Shown: piece after piece, positions 18,111 to 27,318 of the stretch | How the letters are laid out: each line of letters begins with the position of its first letter | How positions within the stretch are numbered: the first letter of the stretch is position 1 | Assembly (NCBI GenBank): GCA_965197685.1 | Contig: CBDANP010000006.1 | Location: forward strand, 621,655 to 685,654 | DNA length: 64,000 nucleotides | DNA from: Dehalococcoidia bacterium | GTDB taxonomy: Bacteria; Chloroflexota; Dehalococcoidia; Lucifugimonadales; UBA1123 | Reading direction: 5' to 3' | Notes under the pieces: model-generated | Seen by the model: only the letters and a program-made list of their open reading frames with translations | Told to the model about the DNA's origin: nothing | The model's database searches: none | Made by a program: the position numbers and the translations under genes

Positions 18111-19499
18111 TCATGCGAGTGCCGCCGGTTCTGGAGTTATGCCCGGCGGCGACTCCTGTTGACTATTAACCATCGGCACCAGCTTGTAGCCGAGCTGAGC
18201 AGCCCTCCTCTTCGCGTTGCTCAGCGCTCGCTGGCGGTACTGTCTTTCATAGTACTCTGCGCCTGCATCCACGTACTTCTGACCATACTTGAGCATTGAG
18301 TAGATGATCCGGGCCAGCTTATGCGCTGTCGCCGTTATCGCCTTGGGCGCTCCGAGTTGAGCCTTCTTCCTGCGAAGGAACGCTCCCAGCGCACTGTCCG
18401 ATCTGTGCAGCGCGTTGGCCGCGAGTCGGAGAGCCGTCGCCGCCCTGTTCGCGTTCTGAGTCGTTCGCGAGCTCATTACCCTGACGCCGCTCACCCTGTT
18501 ATTGGGACTTAACCCGAGCCATGAGGCGAAGTGTTTGGCAGTCGGCCACCTGCTCATGTCCGTTCCTATCTCACTCACCACCTTCAGCGCCGTGTACGCT
18601 TCCACACCGTCTATTGTGGTCAGGTCCACTCCGGTCATCCGATACAGGTGCGTGCGTGCATCGAACCTGGGTGCGTTGCCCTGACCGGGCTTCGTGCCAC
18701 GCCTGCTGGCAAGCATACCTCCGTCGCTTCGGTCCTCGAACCTCCCGAGCTGCGCCTCAATCTCCCGGTCGCACTCCGCTATCTTGCTCTGGTAGGTCCT
18801 ATACAACTCCAGCGCCTGCGTCAACTCGAAGACGTGCTCCTCTCTCCAGTGGCCCCGCAGCGACTCCGCTATCTCCTTCTCACCAGCCTTCATTGTTGGA
18901 TGTCTGAACTGTGCCAGTGCGCGCGGGTTGCGCTCGCCTTCCACGATAGCCTCGATGATCTTCATACCTGTCGTGCCCGTAATGTTGCTTATGACGTGCT
19001 GGAGCTTGATGTTCATCTGCGTCAGCGCCTTCTGCATATGCTGGATGTGATGAGACGCATACTCCACCAGCATCGCGCACTGACGCAGGTAACTCCTCAG
19101 CCGCCTTATCTCAGACTCGGGCCTGAATGCCGCTGAGAGCAGTCCGTACGTGTGCAGCTGCTGCAGCCACTGGCAGTCAAGCACGTCGGTCTTGCGACCC
19201 GGCACACTCTTCAGACGCCTCGGGTCCACCAGCAGCACCTCAAATCCACGCTCTTCCAGCACACCGAACAGCGGTATCCTGATGCACACCCGTCGACTCC
19301 ATCGCCACTGTCTCCACTACAACTCCGCCGTGTATGCCTCGAACTCGCGCACAGGCTGCTCAGAACGCGTCTCCGACACCGCTACGAAGTGGCTGCTCGC
19401 CCCCACGTCTATCCCTGCCGCGTTCAGGTTCACTCGCGACAACTCTACAGGCAGTCCCTTCGCTCGCTCTCCCTTCGCATCTTTGTCTCTATCCATCAC
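18111..19499 (-). pseudogene. IS110-family DEDD recombinase, disrupted
   Basis: Two same-frame ORFs (19317-19499 and 18111-19289) are separated by an in-frame TAG at 19317-19319. Relative to copy B, about 31 nt are missing after ...EFEAYTAEL and about 1 nt is added some 40 nt later, which destroys the VAMESTGVYW segment. Confidence 0.8.
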
Positions 19500-19736
19500 A
19501 CCCTCTACTAATATGGAGTAGGCGTGTCGACGATGGGCGCCACACGCTTAGCACAACCTATCGAACGGGAGCGTCCCCCAAGGGAGACGTCACCAATGAC
19601 GCCGTCGTAAGGCGCCCGTACCATGCTTTGTAACGGGCAATGCGCACCAATGCCGAGGTCGGTCTCTATGTTGCCGACACGCCCCACCATAATCATACAC
19701 GGTTCAATGCGGCGACCCAGTTAGTCGCCTCTGCAC
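19500..19736 (-). ncRNA. candidate bridge (guide) RNA region of IS110 copy A
   Basis: Non-coding left end homologous to 21281-21519. It has a hairpin GCCCGT-TACAAAGCATGGT-ACGGGC (complement of 19614-19638). The call is inferred from family biology only. Confidence 0.3.
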
Positions 19737-21280
19737 GGCGCGGCAAGGGCATAGGGATGCTTTGTACAAAGATAGAAATGGCATGGAGATCTCCGAGCCT
19801 GTTCAAGCTGCGTAGATCAGAGATTCCACGAGACGATTAAACAATGGTGGTGGGACTTTTGCGATGTCCGACACCGATGTCGACAGTGAAAAAGTCTCAG
19901 AAGCGAACCACAGATGGCGACGCGTCAAGGCTATGGCGTCAGTGAAGGTTGGCTCCTTCTTAGCGTACCACGCGGCAGCGCGCGGGGCTGGCTGACCCTC
20001 ACGCCGCAACAGCTTGGCGGCGAGGGTAACCCAGGAGAACAGTCCCATCAGCAACGGGGTCGTTCGAGCGATTGCCTTGTCCGACCACTGCCGCTGGGTC
20101 TCCACTCCCAAGTGGGCGCGAACTTCCTGGAATGTGACTTCGATCCGCCATCTTAGCGTGAACCACTGTATGACCTGAACCGGGTCAGCGTCGGTCTCGG
20201 TACACAGCAGAGCCTGAGAGTCCAACTGTCCGAGTGGGTCTCGGATCAATACCCATCGAATGGGGACGGGCGGCTTGCCGCAGTGGTACCAGCGCGCGGT
20301 ATCAGAACACAGTTGAAGCGTACGGGTCGCGCCGTCTTGCCAGACCACGGACACACGGTTCCATTGTAGGTCGTCCTGGTCGAGAAGTTGGATGAGCGAG
20401 GGCAGACGCTGGCCCTTGACGCGGGGGCGTCCCATCTGTCCGGGTATTCTGGCAGGCGCCGGTTCGTAGAGCGCGGCGTCGAGTCGAAGCCTGGTGATGA
20501 AGGTTACGGGTTGAGTCATGGAGCGGCAGAAGTGGAGGAGGTCGAGTGCGGCGTAGCTGTTGTCCGCCACCACGACGATGGAACGCTCTGGCAGCCATCG
20601 GCGCAGTTGAAGTATCATCCGGCGCGCCCAGTCGGTGATCTTCTTATGGGGTTTGCCGATCTTGAGATGGTAGTGTTCGGACGGCGCCAGTGCGGTCAGC
20701 ACCGGCACGCCCATGTACGATGTGCCCAGGGTATGATGGGCAGGCACATCAGGCTTATCCAGCGCAGACCACTGGCCTTGACCAGATGGCTGTCGCTGGA
20801 ACGAACCGCGTCTCGGTAGATGCCCCTGGCATTGATTCGCCTGCCCCGCCGCCGCTCAATCGTCTCGTCTATACCGAACACAAGCGGTTCATCGTCTTGT
20901 CCAAGGCACTGGATGAGAAGCGACAGCAGAACTCCGCTCAGTTGGAGGGAAGAGAAGACCGCGCGGTTGAGGACATGGTGATACTTTGCGAAGCCTGAGT
21001 CGTCGCTGAGTCCCATGACGCGAAGCGCGGAGGTGATGGTGCGCTTTCGTGGAGCGAGGATGGCGCCTATGAGCAGAATCTGAGCCTTCATCCAGGTTCT
21101 GCGCTGAAACTTTGTTGAGAAGGGCAGGAGCAAAGGTATAATGGCGTTTGGCAGAGCCTGCCCCGTACTTGATACGGGGGTGAGCATGACATGACCTTTC
21201 AGAGGTGTTGGGTCTCGTCAGCTTACCCTGTTCTCTCTATCTAAGTTTTGTACAAAGCATCCGTATGCCCTTTCCGGGCC
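19737..21280 (-). mobile_element. IS4/IS701-like insertion sequence with a frameshifted transposase
   Basis: About 34-bp imperfect terminal inverted repeats: GGCGCGGCAAGGGCATAGGGATGCTTTGTACAAA (19737-19770) against the reverse complement of 21247-21280 (GGCCCGGAAAGGGCATACGGATGCTTTGTACAAA). Alternatively these 34 bp belong to the flanking IS110 copies (see findings). Confidence 0.6.
19803..21187 (-). pseudogene. DDE transposase (IS4/IS701-like), frameshifted
   Basis: The N-terminal ORF 20696-21187 (...LVFGIDETIERRRGRRI...) and the C-terminal ORF 19803-20747 (...VVVADNSYAALDLL...RWRIEVTFQEVRAHLG) overlap by 52 nt in different frames. Confidence 0.75.
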
Positions 21281-21519
21281 GTGCAGAGGCGACTAACTAT
21301 ATCGCCTTGTGATGCCGTGTAAGATTATAGGGAGGCGTGTCGTCGTACAGAGACCGGAGTTGGCATTGGCGCTTATTGCCCGGTACAAAGCATGGTCCGG
21401 GAGTCTTACGACGGCATCATTGGTGACGCTCCGATCAGGGCAGGCTCCCGTTTGAAAGATTGTGCGAAGTCGATGATTCCCTGCGGCGGCACGCCTACTC
21501 GATAGTAGCGGAGGGCGCG
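21281..21519 (+). ncRNA. candidate bridge (guide) RNA of IS110 copy B
   Basis: Non-coding left end upstream of the recombinase. It has a hairpin CCCGG-TACAAAGCATGGT-CCGGG (21379-21401) whose loop is identical in copy A while the stem covaries. The loop shares GTACAAAGCAT with 21250-21260. The exact RNA ends are unknown. Confidence 0.4.
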
Positions 21520-22956
21520 ATGGAAAGGCACGAGACAAGTTCAGGACGAAAGAAAGTTAAGAGAGATCAAACGAGGGATTTGCCGCAGGAGTTGTCGCGG
21601 GTGAACCTGAACGCTGCGGGGATAGATGTGGGAGCGAGCAGCCATTTCGTGGCGGTCTCCGAAGGGCGCTCCGAGCGGCCAGTGCGTGAGTTCGAGGCGT
21701 ACACTGCGGAGTTGTACCGGATGGCAGACTGGCTGGTTGAGTGCGGAGTGGAGACGGTGGCGATGGAGTCGACCGGTGTGTACTGGATACCGCTGTTCGG
21801 GGTACTGGAGGAGCGTGGGCTGGAGGTGCTATTGGTGGACCCGAGGCGTCTCAAGAGCGTGCCCGGTCGCAAGACCGACGTGCAGGACTGTCAGTGGCTA
21901 CAGCAGTTGCACACCTACGGTCTGCTGTCGGGAGCGTTCAGACCTGAGGCGGAGATAAGAAGCCTTCGGAGCTATCTGCGTCAGCGAGCGATGCTGGTGG
22001 AGTATGCGTCTCACCATATCCAGCATATGCAGAAGGCGCTGACGCAGATGAACATAAAGCTTCAGCACGTCATGAGCAATATCACCGGCAAGACGGGTAT
22101 GCGGATCATTGAGGCGATAGTAAGAGGCGAGCGCGATCCGCGCGAACTGGCGCGGTTCAGACATCCTACGATGAAGGCGGATGAGAAGGAGATAGCGAAG
22201 TCGCTGCGCGGTCACTGGAGGGAGGAGCACATCTTCGAGTTGACCCAGGCGTTAGAGCTATACAGAGAGTACCAGCGCAAGATAGAAGAGTGCGACCGAC
22301 AGATAGAGTTGCAGCTTGGAAGGTTCGATGACCGCAGCGACGGTGGCACACTTGCCAACAGGCGCGGCGCGAATCCTCATCAGGGCAACGCGCCGCGCTT
22401 CGACGTTAGAACACACCTGTACAGGATGATTGGGGTGGACCTGACAGAGATAGACGGGGTGGAGGCGTACACGGCGCTGAAAGTGGTGAGTGAGATAGGA
22501 ACGGACATGAGTCGCTGGCCTACTGTGAAACACTTTGCCTCCTGGCTGGGGTTGAGTCCGAATAATAAGGTAAGCGGCGGCAGGGTGATGAGTTCACGGA
22601 CGAATCCGAGCGCGAACAGGGCTGCGGCCGCGCTGCGCCTTGCCGCCAATGCGTTGCATCGCTCCGACAGCGCGCTGGGGGCGTTTCTTCGCAGGAAGAA
22701 GGCTCATCTGGGCGCTCCGAAGGCGATAACGGCAACGGCGCACAAGTTGGCGCGGATCATATACTCGATGCTGAAGTACGGGCAGAAGTACGTTGACGCG
22801 GGCGCGGAGTACTATGAGCAACAGTACCGCAAGCGCGCACTGGGTAACGCCAAGAGGAGGGCCGCTCAGCTGGGCTACAAGCTGGTGCCGGTGGCTGACA
22901 GTCAGCAGGAGCCTACGCCGGGCACAACTCCACAACCGGCGGTAGCGTTCGCATGA
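21520..22956 (+). CDS. IS110-family DEDD recombinase/transposase
   Basis: AGIDVGASSHF, VAMESTGVYW and LVDPRRLKSVPGRKTDVQDCQW (DEDD), plus the C-terminal LKVVSEIGTDMSRW...WLGLSPNNKVSGG domain. ATG 21520 (MERHETS...) is preferred over the listed 21460. Confidence 0.88.
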   Translation: MERHETSSGRKKVKRDQTRDLPQELSRVNLNAAGIDVGASSHFVAVSEGRSERPVREFEAYTAELYRMADWLVECGVETVAMESTGVYWIPLFGVLEERGLEVLLVDPRRLKSVPGRKTDVQDCQWLQQLHTYGLLSGAFRPEAEIRSLRSYLRQRAMLVEYASHHIQHMQKALTQMNIKLQHVMSNITGKTGMRIIEAIVRGERDPRELARFRHPTMKADEKEIAKSLRGHWREEHIFELTQALELYREYQRKIEECDRQIELQLGRFDDRSDGGTLANRRGANPHQGNAPRFDVRTHLYRMIGVDLTEIDGVEAYTALKVVSEIGTDMSRWPTVKHFASWLGLSPNNKVSGGRVMSSRTNPSANRAAAALRLAANALHRSDSALGAFLRRKKAHLGAPKAITATAHKLARIIYSMLKYGQKYVDAGAEYYEQQYRKRALGNAKRRAAQLGYKLVPVADSQQEPTPGTTPQPAVAFA

Positions 22957-23073
22957 GAAGGTAAGTTAGTTGAAAGTCGAGCTAAGTGTGGCAAAAGGCA
23001 ACGCTGAGGACTGGAAGATCCCCAGGGCGCCGAGCGCCAGACGCCAGGGAACCTCCCGCCAGGGTGATGTATC

Positions 23074-23798
23074 ATGACTTCGCCCTCAGGACGACGCTCT
23101 GAGATATGCGTAGAATGCGCGGTGGGAGAAGACAATAGCGTGCCGAGTTGTTCATACATATTTCTGGACGAGGCTGGCAACTTCGACTTTAGCGACAAGG
23201 GAACCCGTTACTTCGCGCTCGCCAGCGTCAGCGCTCGAAGGCCGTTTGATTGGTTACACCCGCTTGACGAGTTCAAACACGACTGTATCGAGCAGGGCAT
23301 CGGCATAGAGTACTTCCACTGCTACAACGACAGCCGAAGGGTTCGCGGTTCCGTCTTCGACCGGATTGCGGCCAGTTCGTCCAACCTGAACGTTGACTGC
23401 CTGGTCGTGGACAAGGCGAAGGTATCTCCGTTATTACGGGATGAGTCGCGTTTTTATCCAGAGATACTGGGACTCCTGCTAAGCCTCGTTATTCCTATTG
23501 AGACGGAGGCCGGGGACACCGACGAGGTCATCGTGATAACCGATACGATCCCCGTGAACAGGAGGCGCAGGGCGGTCGAGAAAGCGGTACAGACCACTCT
23601 AGGGGGATGCTGCCGCCACGGACCAGGTATCGCATCCTGCACCACCAGTCGCGTTCCCATTACGGGTTGCAGGTGGCGGACTACTGCTGCTGGGCGGTCT
23701 TCCGCAAGTGGGAGAGTCGGGATGGAGTGTGGCTCGGCCGAATCAGGTCCGCGTTGAGGAACGAATTCATATTTGACGAAGTCGGGAATCCAGGATGA
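23074..23798 (+). pseudogene. DUF3800 domain protein, frameshifted at a G5 run
   Basis: N-terminal SYIFLDEAGNFDF and C-terminal HHQSRSHYGLQVADYCCWAVFR are the DUF3800 hallmarks. They lie in different frames (ORFs 23074-23757 and 23607-23798). The junction is at GGGGG 23602-23606, and one extra G would fuse the two frames. Confidence 0.7.
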
Positions 23799-23970
23799 CG
23801 ATTTTCCCGAAACCGCGCAAAAGACGACCCCCCCGACTACTCCATAGTGGAGAGAGCACTCTCAGCACTCTTATCATCAGGGGGGAACCTTTGATAAAGG
23901 ATAACACCGGGGTGTCCAGGTCGCAAGCAGCCATGGCTTGACTCCGCTCAGGCGAAAGGAAATTTCTGCA

Positions 23971-24678
23971 ATGTATTCCGCCGCGACTCATGGCCACTGG
24001 TGCAACACTCGCACATACCCTACACAGTGTCCGAGATGCAAGAGTCAGGTGTTCTTCTTTCAGTGCGATCACGAGTCTCGCGTGTTCTTCGACCATCTCG
24101 ACCAGCCGTGGCCCATCCACGATTGCTTTCTGCGTCGCATGAGCCGGCGAGGCGCCGCAGGTCATCCAAGGCGGTCCGGGAAGCAGGCGTGGGATACTCT
24201 GGTTGATGTTTTCGAGAGTAAGGAGAGTAAAGAATCCGGCCTGCTTACCGGAATGAAGAGGTATCCGGCTGGCATTGACGCCGCCAGCGTATCCAGGAAG
24301 CCCTCATCGGGGTCTAGGCAGAGTCCCGCGCAGACGCTGGCCATCCACCCGATAGGCAATTCTCAGCCGGAATATCTCTCAGGCATCGTGCATGACATCA
24401 CTCATCTGTCGCTCCTGGACAAATTGGGCATTGATTCGGACACGGTCGGAGCGGGAATTGTCGGGCAAACGTTCCCGGAACTGGAGGTCGTACAGATTAC
24501 AGTTCTAGTGAACGATTCCGAGGCGGAGGACATGCTCAGTTACACCGCCTGGTTCAGGCCAACTGATGTAGCGGAGTCCCTCGCCAGGGGACACTTCGTA
24601 AGCGCCGCATTCAGGGCGGAGAATATCCTGATAGCCGGTCGCAGGTGGATTGGCGAAGACTTGGAGAGGATACTGTAG
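23971..24678 (+). CDS. hypothetical protein with an N-terminal Cys/His zinc-ribbon-like motif
   Basis: HGHWCNTRTYPTQCPRCKSQVFFFQCDHESRVFFDHLDQPWPIHDC. The rest has no family I recognise. ATG 23971 is preferred over the listed TTG 23938. Confidence 0.5.
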   Translation: MYSAATHGHWCNTRTYPTQCPRCKSQVFFFQCDHESRVFFDHLDQPWPIHDCFLRRMSRRGAAGHPRRSGKQAWDTLVDVFESKESKESGLLTGMKRYPAGIDAASVSRKPSSGSRQSPAQTLAIHPIGNSQPEYLSGIVHDITHLSLLDKLGIDSDTVGAGIVGQTFPELEVVQITVLVNDSEAEDMLSYTAWFRPTDVAESLARGHFVSAAFRAENILIAGRRWIGEDLERIL

Positions 24679-24796
24679 CGTTGGTTGTCCTCCAGCGTCC
24701 TTTGACCTACGCGGATCCGACAACATTCCAGCGCGAATTTCCACGACGGCGGCGTCAGCACATCAGAGGTCTGTCGTATCCGACGGCGAAACAGGG

Positions 24797-27022
24797 TCAG
24801 GTCCTCAGCCTAGCTACGTCCGGTACAATCCGAGACCGAGTTCCGTGCCAGTGTATTTCCAGGTGATGCCGGGCGCGCGTGCAGGAAAGGTACAGCAGCA
24901 TTCGGTCCAGTTCGGACTCGGTGAAGTCACCTTTGCTGGCATTGGCGACAATGACGGCGTCGAACTCAAGCCCCTTGGTGAGTATTATCGGGCTCACCGT
25001 CACATCCGTGTCTACCAGACCGCCGCTGGTGAGAAGACCAACACTCTCTGCCCCCCGTTCATTGAGCGTGTTGTAGATGCCCTCTGCAGTCTGCCTCCAC
25101 TTCGTCAGTACTGCCACGGAACGCACGTCATCCTTCGTCCGCAGCGTCCGCACGGCCTTCGCAATGGCCTGGCGCATCTCGCCAGCGATCTGGGAACGAA
25201 CGAGTTTTGGGCGTTCTCCCGTCCTGTGGTGCGCAACCGGCGTCTTTGTGCGCTTCGGCAGTCCCTGCAGGATGCGGTTCGCGTACTGGGTGATCTGGCG
25301 AGTGCTCCTATAAGTGAGGCGACTGTCGAGCCTTGTCACGCTCCCCTGGTCGAACAACGGTCGGAACTGATTCCAGTTGCTGATGGACTTGTACGGCAGG
25401 ATGCTCTGCCTGAGATCACCCAGGATGGTGAAGCTGTTGTTTGTCGAGTGCATCTGCATGATGGTGATTTCCATCGGGGAGACGTCCTGCGCCTCATCTA
25501 CCACCACGTGCTCAAACCTTTCGCTCTCGAATCCGTTGAGGGAATAGTCGAGATAGAGGGCCGCGGCCAGATCCGTCATGCCAAGAGCCTGCCCTGCCCC
25601 CGAAGGTGAGGTTTCGCTGATTGCGTTTGCCAGGGAGAGGCTCGCGTCTCCGCTTCTGGAGTGACGCATGATCAAATCCGGCTCCGAAACCAGCCGCACA
25701 TACTCCGTCCTAAAGTCCAGGGTCGGCCACGACGTGAGGCTCTGGCCTATCTGCCTCTGCGCCTGTTGCGCCGCCTGGTACGGGGAAATGCCCCGCGGGG
25801 GATTGTCTCGCAGCCAGGTCTGAACCAAGGCGTTCACGAAGTATCTTCGGGCCGCGTTCGGCTCAGGGCGCGCGCCGAAGGCCTGTGAGATCCTTGTTCT
25901 GAATTCGGCGGCGTTGAGTTTAATGGGGAAATCACTTGGAACCTGTCTGAGTCCACCCCGTATCTCTCTCGCAATGTGAGACGCGTAACTGTCCAGCATT
26001 CGTCTCATCTTTGGGCTGCCCTTGAACAGGTAGGCCTCGATTTCCGATGGGGATAACTTGCGCCTGTTGTTCATGAGGGCGTCAAAGACGGTGTCCCGGT
26101 TGAGCGTGACCCGACGTGAGAACTGGCCCAGCATCCACTGGGAAACCGTCATCTGCCTGACTCTCAGGACCCCCAGGCCGGGCAGGAGCCCCGAAACATA
26201 ATCCAGAAATGCGGGGGACGGGCCGAACATGACGACCCGCTCCGGCGTTGGCCGCATGAGCGTGCCGATGTTGCTGAACGGCGATAGGATGAAGTCTATC
26301 CTGTGCAGTCCGATGAGGCTCTTTCCGCTTCCCGCAGCCCCCTGAACGATCAGCACGGGTTTCTCGGTGGACGCTATCTGTTCGTACTGCTCCGGCTGAA
26401 TCGTCTGAACCGCGTCCGACAGTTGAGTGTCACTCGCGCCGGACAGTCTCCTGTCCAACCCCTGCGAGGACACGGATTGATCGGTTTCGGTCGCGGGAGG
26501 GAGTCTCAGGACGTCGTCGAAATCCAGGAGCTGCGCATCCTCGATCGCGAGCATCCGCTTCAACTCGACCGACGCCTCAGTTCGCGCAACCGCGCCGGTT
26601 ATCCTGTCTTTCACCTCAAAGAAGCCTTCTCCCGGGCTGTAGTAGAGTCTGGCAATGGGAGCATTGCGGTGGGCAATGAAATACTGGGGTTCTTCGAGGT
26701 TTCTGACCTCTACGTCCCCGATGTAAACGCTCCTTCTGCCACGATCGGTGGAGTAATCGACTCTCCCGAAGTAGGGCCTGTCACGGAAGCGCCGAAGCTC
26801 TCCAAGTTCGTGGTCCTGCATCTCCTTCACTATATCCGCGGCCTTGCCGTCGCCCGCATAAACGGGCTCTCCGCTTTCCTTGTGCCTGATGTTCGCGTCT
26901 ATTGATCCGACAACGTTCTCAAGGTGCTGTTCTTCGTGGCTAAATTCGGTCTGCCTGTCGTATTCATCCTGATTTACGGTGGCGTTCGTTACCAATTTGG
27001 TCTCCTGAGCTCTGCTGTCCAA
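24797..27022 (-). CDS. helD: HelD-type UvrD/PcrA superfamily-1 helicase (RNA polymerase-associated helicase IV-like)
   Basis: The N-terminal domain RPYFGRVDY...VYIGDVEV...FIAHRNAPIARLYYSP matches B. subtilis HelD (SPYFGRVDF...IYIG...DWRAPISSLYYN). Also present are Walker A LIVQGAAGSGKS, VVVDEAQDVSP, TYRSTRQI and KGLEFDAVIV. Confidence 0.88.
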   Translation of the reverse strand: MDSRAQETKLVTNATVNQDEYDRQTEFSHEEQHLENVVGSIDANIRHKESGEPVYAGDGKAADIVKEMQDHELGELRRFRDRPYFGRVDYSTDRGRRSVYIGDVEVRNLEEPQYFIAHRNAPIARLYYSPGEGFFEVKDRITGAVARTEASVELKRMLAIEDAQLLDFDDVLRLPPATETDQSVSSQGLDRRLSGASDTQLSDAVQTIQPEQYEQIASTEKPVLIVQGAAGSGKSLIGLHRIDFILSPFSNIGTLMRPTPERVVMFGPSPAFLDYVSGLLPGLGVLRVRQMTVSQWMLGQFSRRVTLNRDTVFDALMNNRRKLSPSEIEAYLFKGSPKMRRMLDSYASHIAREIRGGLRQVPSDFPIKLNAAEFRTRISQAFGARPEPNAARRYFVNALVQTWLRDNPPRGISPYQAAQQAQRQIGQSLTSWPTLDFRTEYVRLVSEPDLIMRHSRSGDASLSLANAISETSPSGAGQALGMTDLAAALYLDYSLNGFESERFEHVVVDEAQDVSPMEITIMQMHSTNNSFTILGDLRQSILPYKSISNWNQFRPLFDQGSVTRLDSRLTYRSTRQITQYANRILQGLPKRTKTPVAHHRTGERPKLVRSQIAGEMRQAIAKAVRTLRTKDDVRSVAVLTKWRQTAEGIYNTLNERGAESVGLLTSGGLVDTDVTVSPIILTKGLEFDAVIVANASKGDFTESELDRMLLYLSCTRARHHLEIHWHGTRSRIVPDVARLRT

Positions 27023-27192
27023 GGAGCATGGCCATGACGGTCGGGTCGGCTAAAGAGCGCTGTGTCGCACAAGCGGGAGCATTCATCGAATTCTCTCACG
27101 CCCGCCAATCCAAACGGCCTTCTAACAGTCTTGGTGGATTCGCTGTCGTGTTCGATCTTCTAGAGTCTTAGGTCACCGTAGTGTATGTCTTA

Positions 27193-27318
27193 ACTGAAGA
27201 CCATGCCTGAGTGTTTCTCCACGTATGCGTGTCCCTGACACAAGGCATCTTCCACGGGATATTCGCGCCGGACATGGAATCCGGGGGGATGGTATATCTC
27301 AATTTTCCGACTGTCAAA
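27193..27318 (-). pseudogene. C-terminal gene fragment truncated by the IS at 27319
   Basis: An open frame runs from the IS boundary, FDSRKIEIYHPPGFHVRREYPVEDALCQGHAYVEKHSGMVFS, to the stop at 27190-27192. It has no start codon and no family was recognised. Confidence 0.3.

Larger units (their letters stand above)
18081..19736 (-). mobile_element. IS110-family element, copy A (degraded)
   Basis: The ends match copy B: the left end GTGCAGAGGCGACTAAC (reverse complement, ending at 19736) and the right end ...AGTCGAGCTTAG (reverse complement of 18081-18092). Confidence 0.75.
21281..22986 (+). mobile_element. IS110-family element, copy B (apparently intact)
   Basis: Left end GTGCAGAGGCGACTAAC at 21281 and right end ...AGTCGAGCTAAG at 22986. 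There are no terminal inverted repeats, and about 240 bp of non-coding left end precede the recombinase gene. Confidence 0.8.

Noticed and set aside
20696-20747. Programmed ribosomal frameshift in the IS4/IS701-like transposase.
   Set aside because: This family is not known to use programmed frameshifting, and I saw no A6G- or A7-type slippery motif in the 52-nt overlap. It is treated as a pseudogene or an error.
22987-23073. Continuation of the ThiF/E1-like gene on the far side of the IS110-IS701-IS110 block.
   Set aside because: All three plus-strand frames after 22986 hit stops within about 30 codons. None continues the expected ThiF motifs, and the DUF3800 gene starts at 23074.
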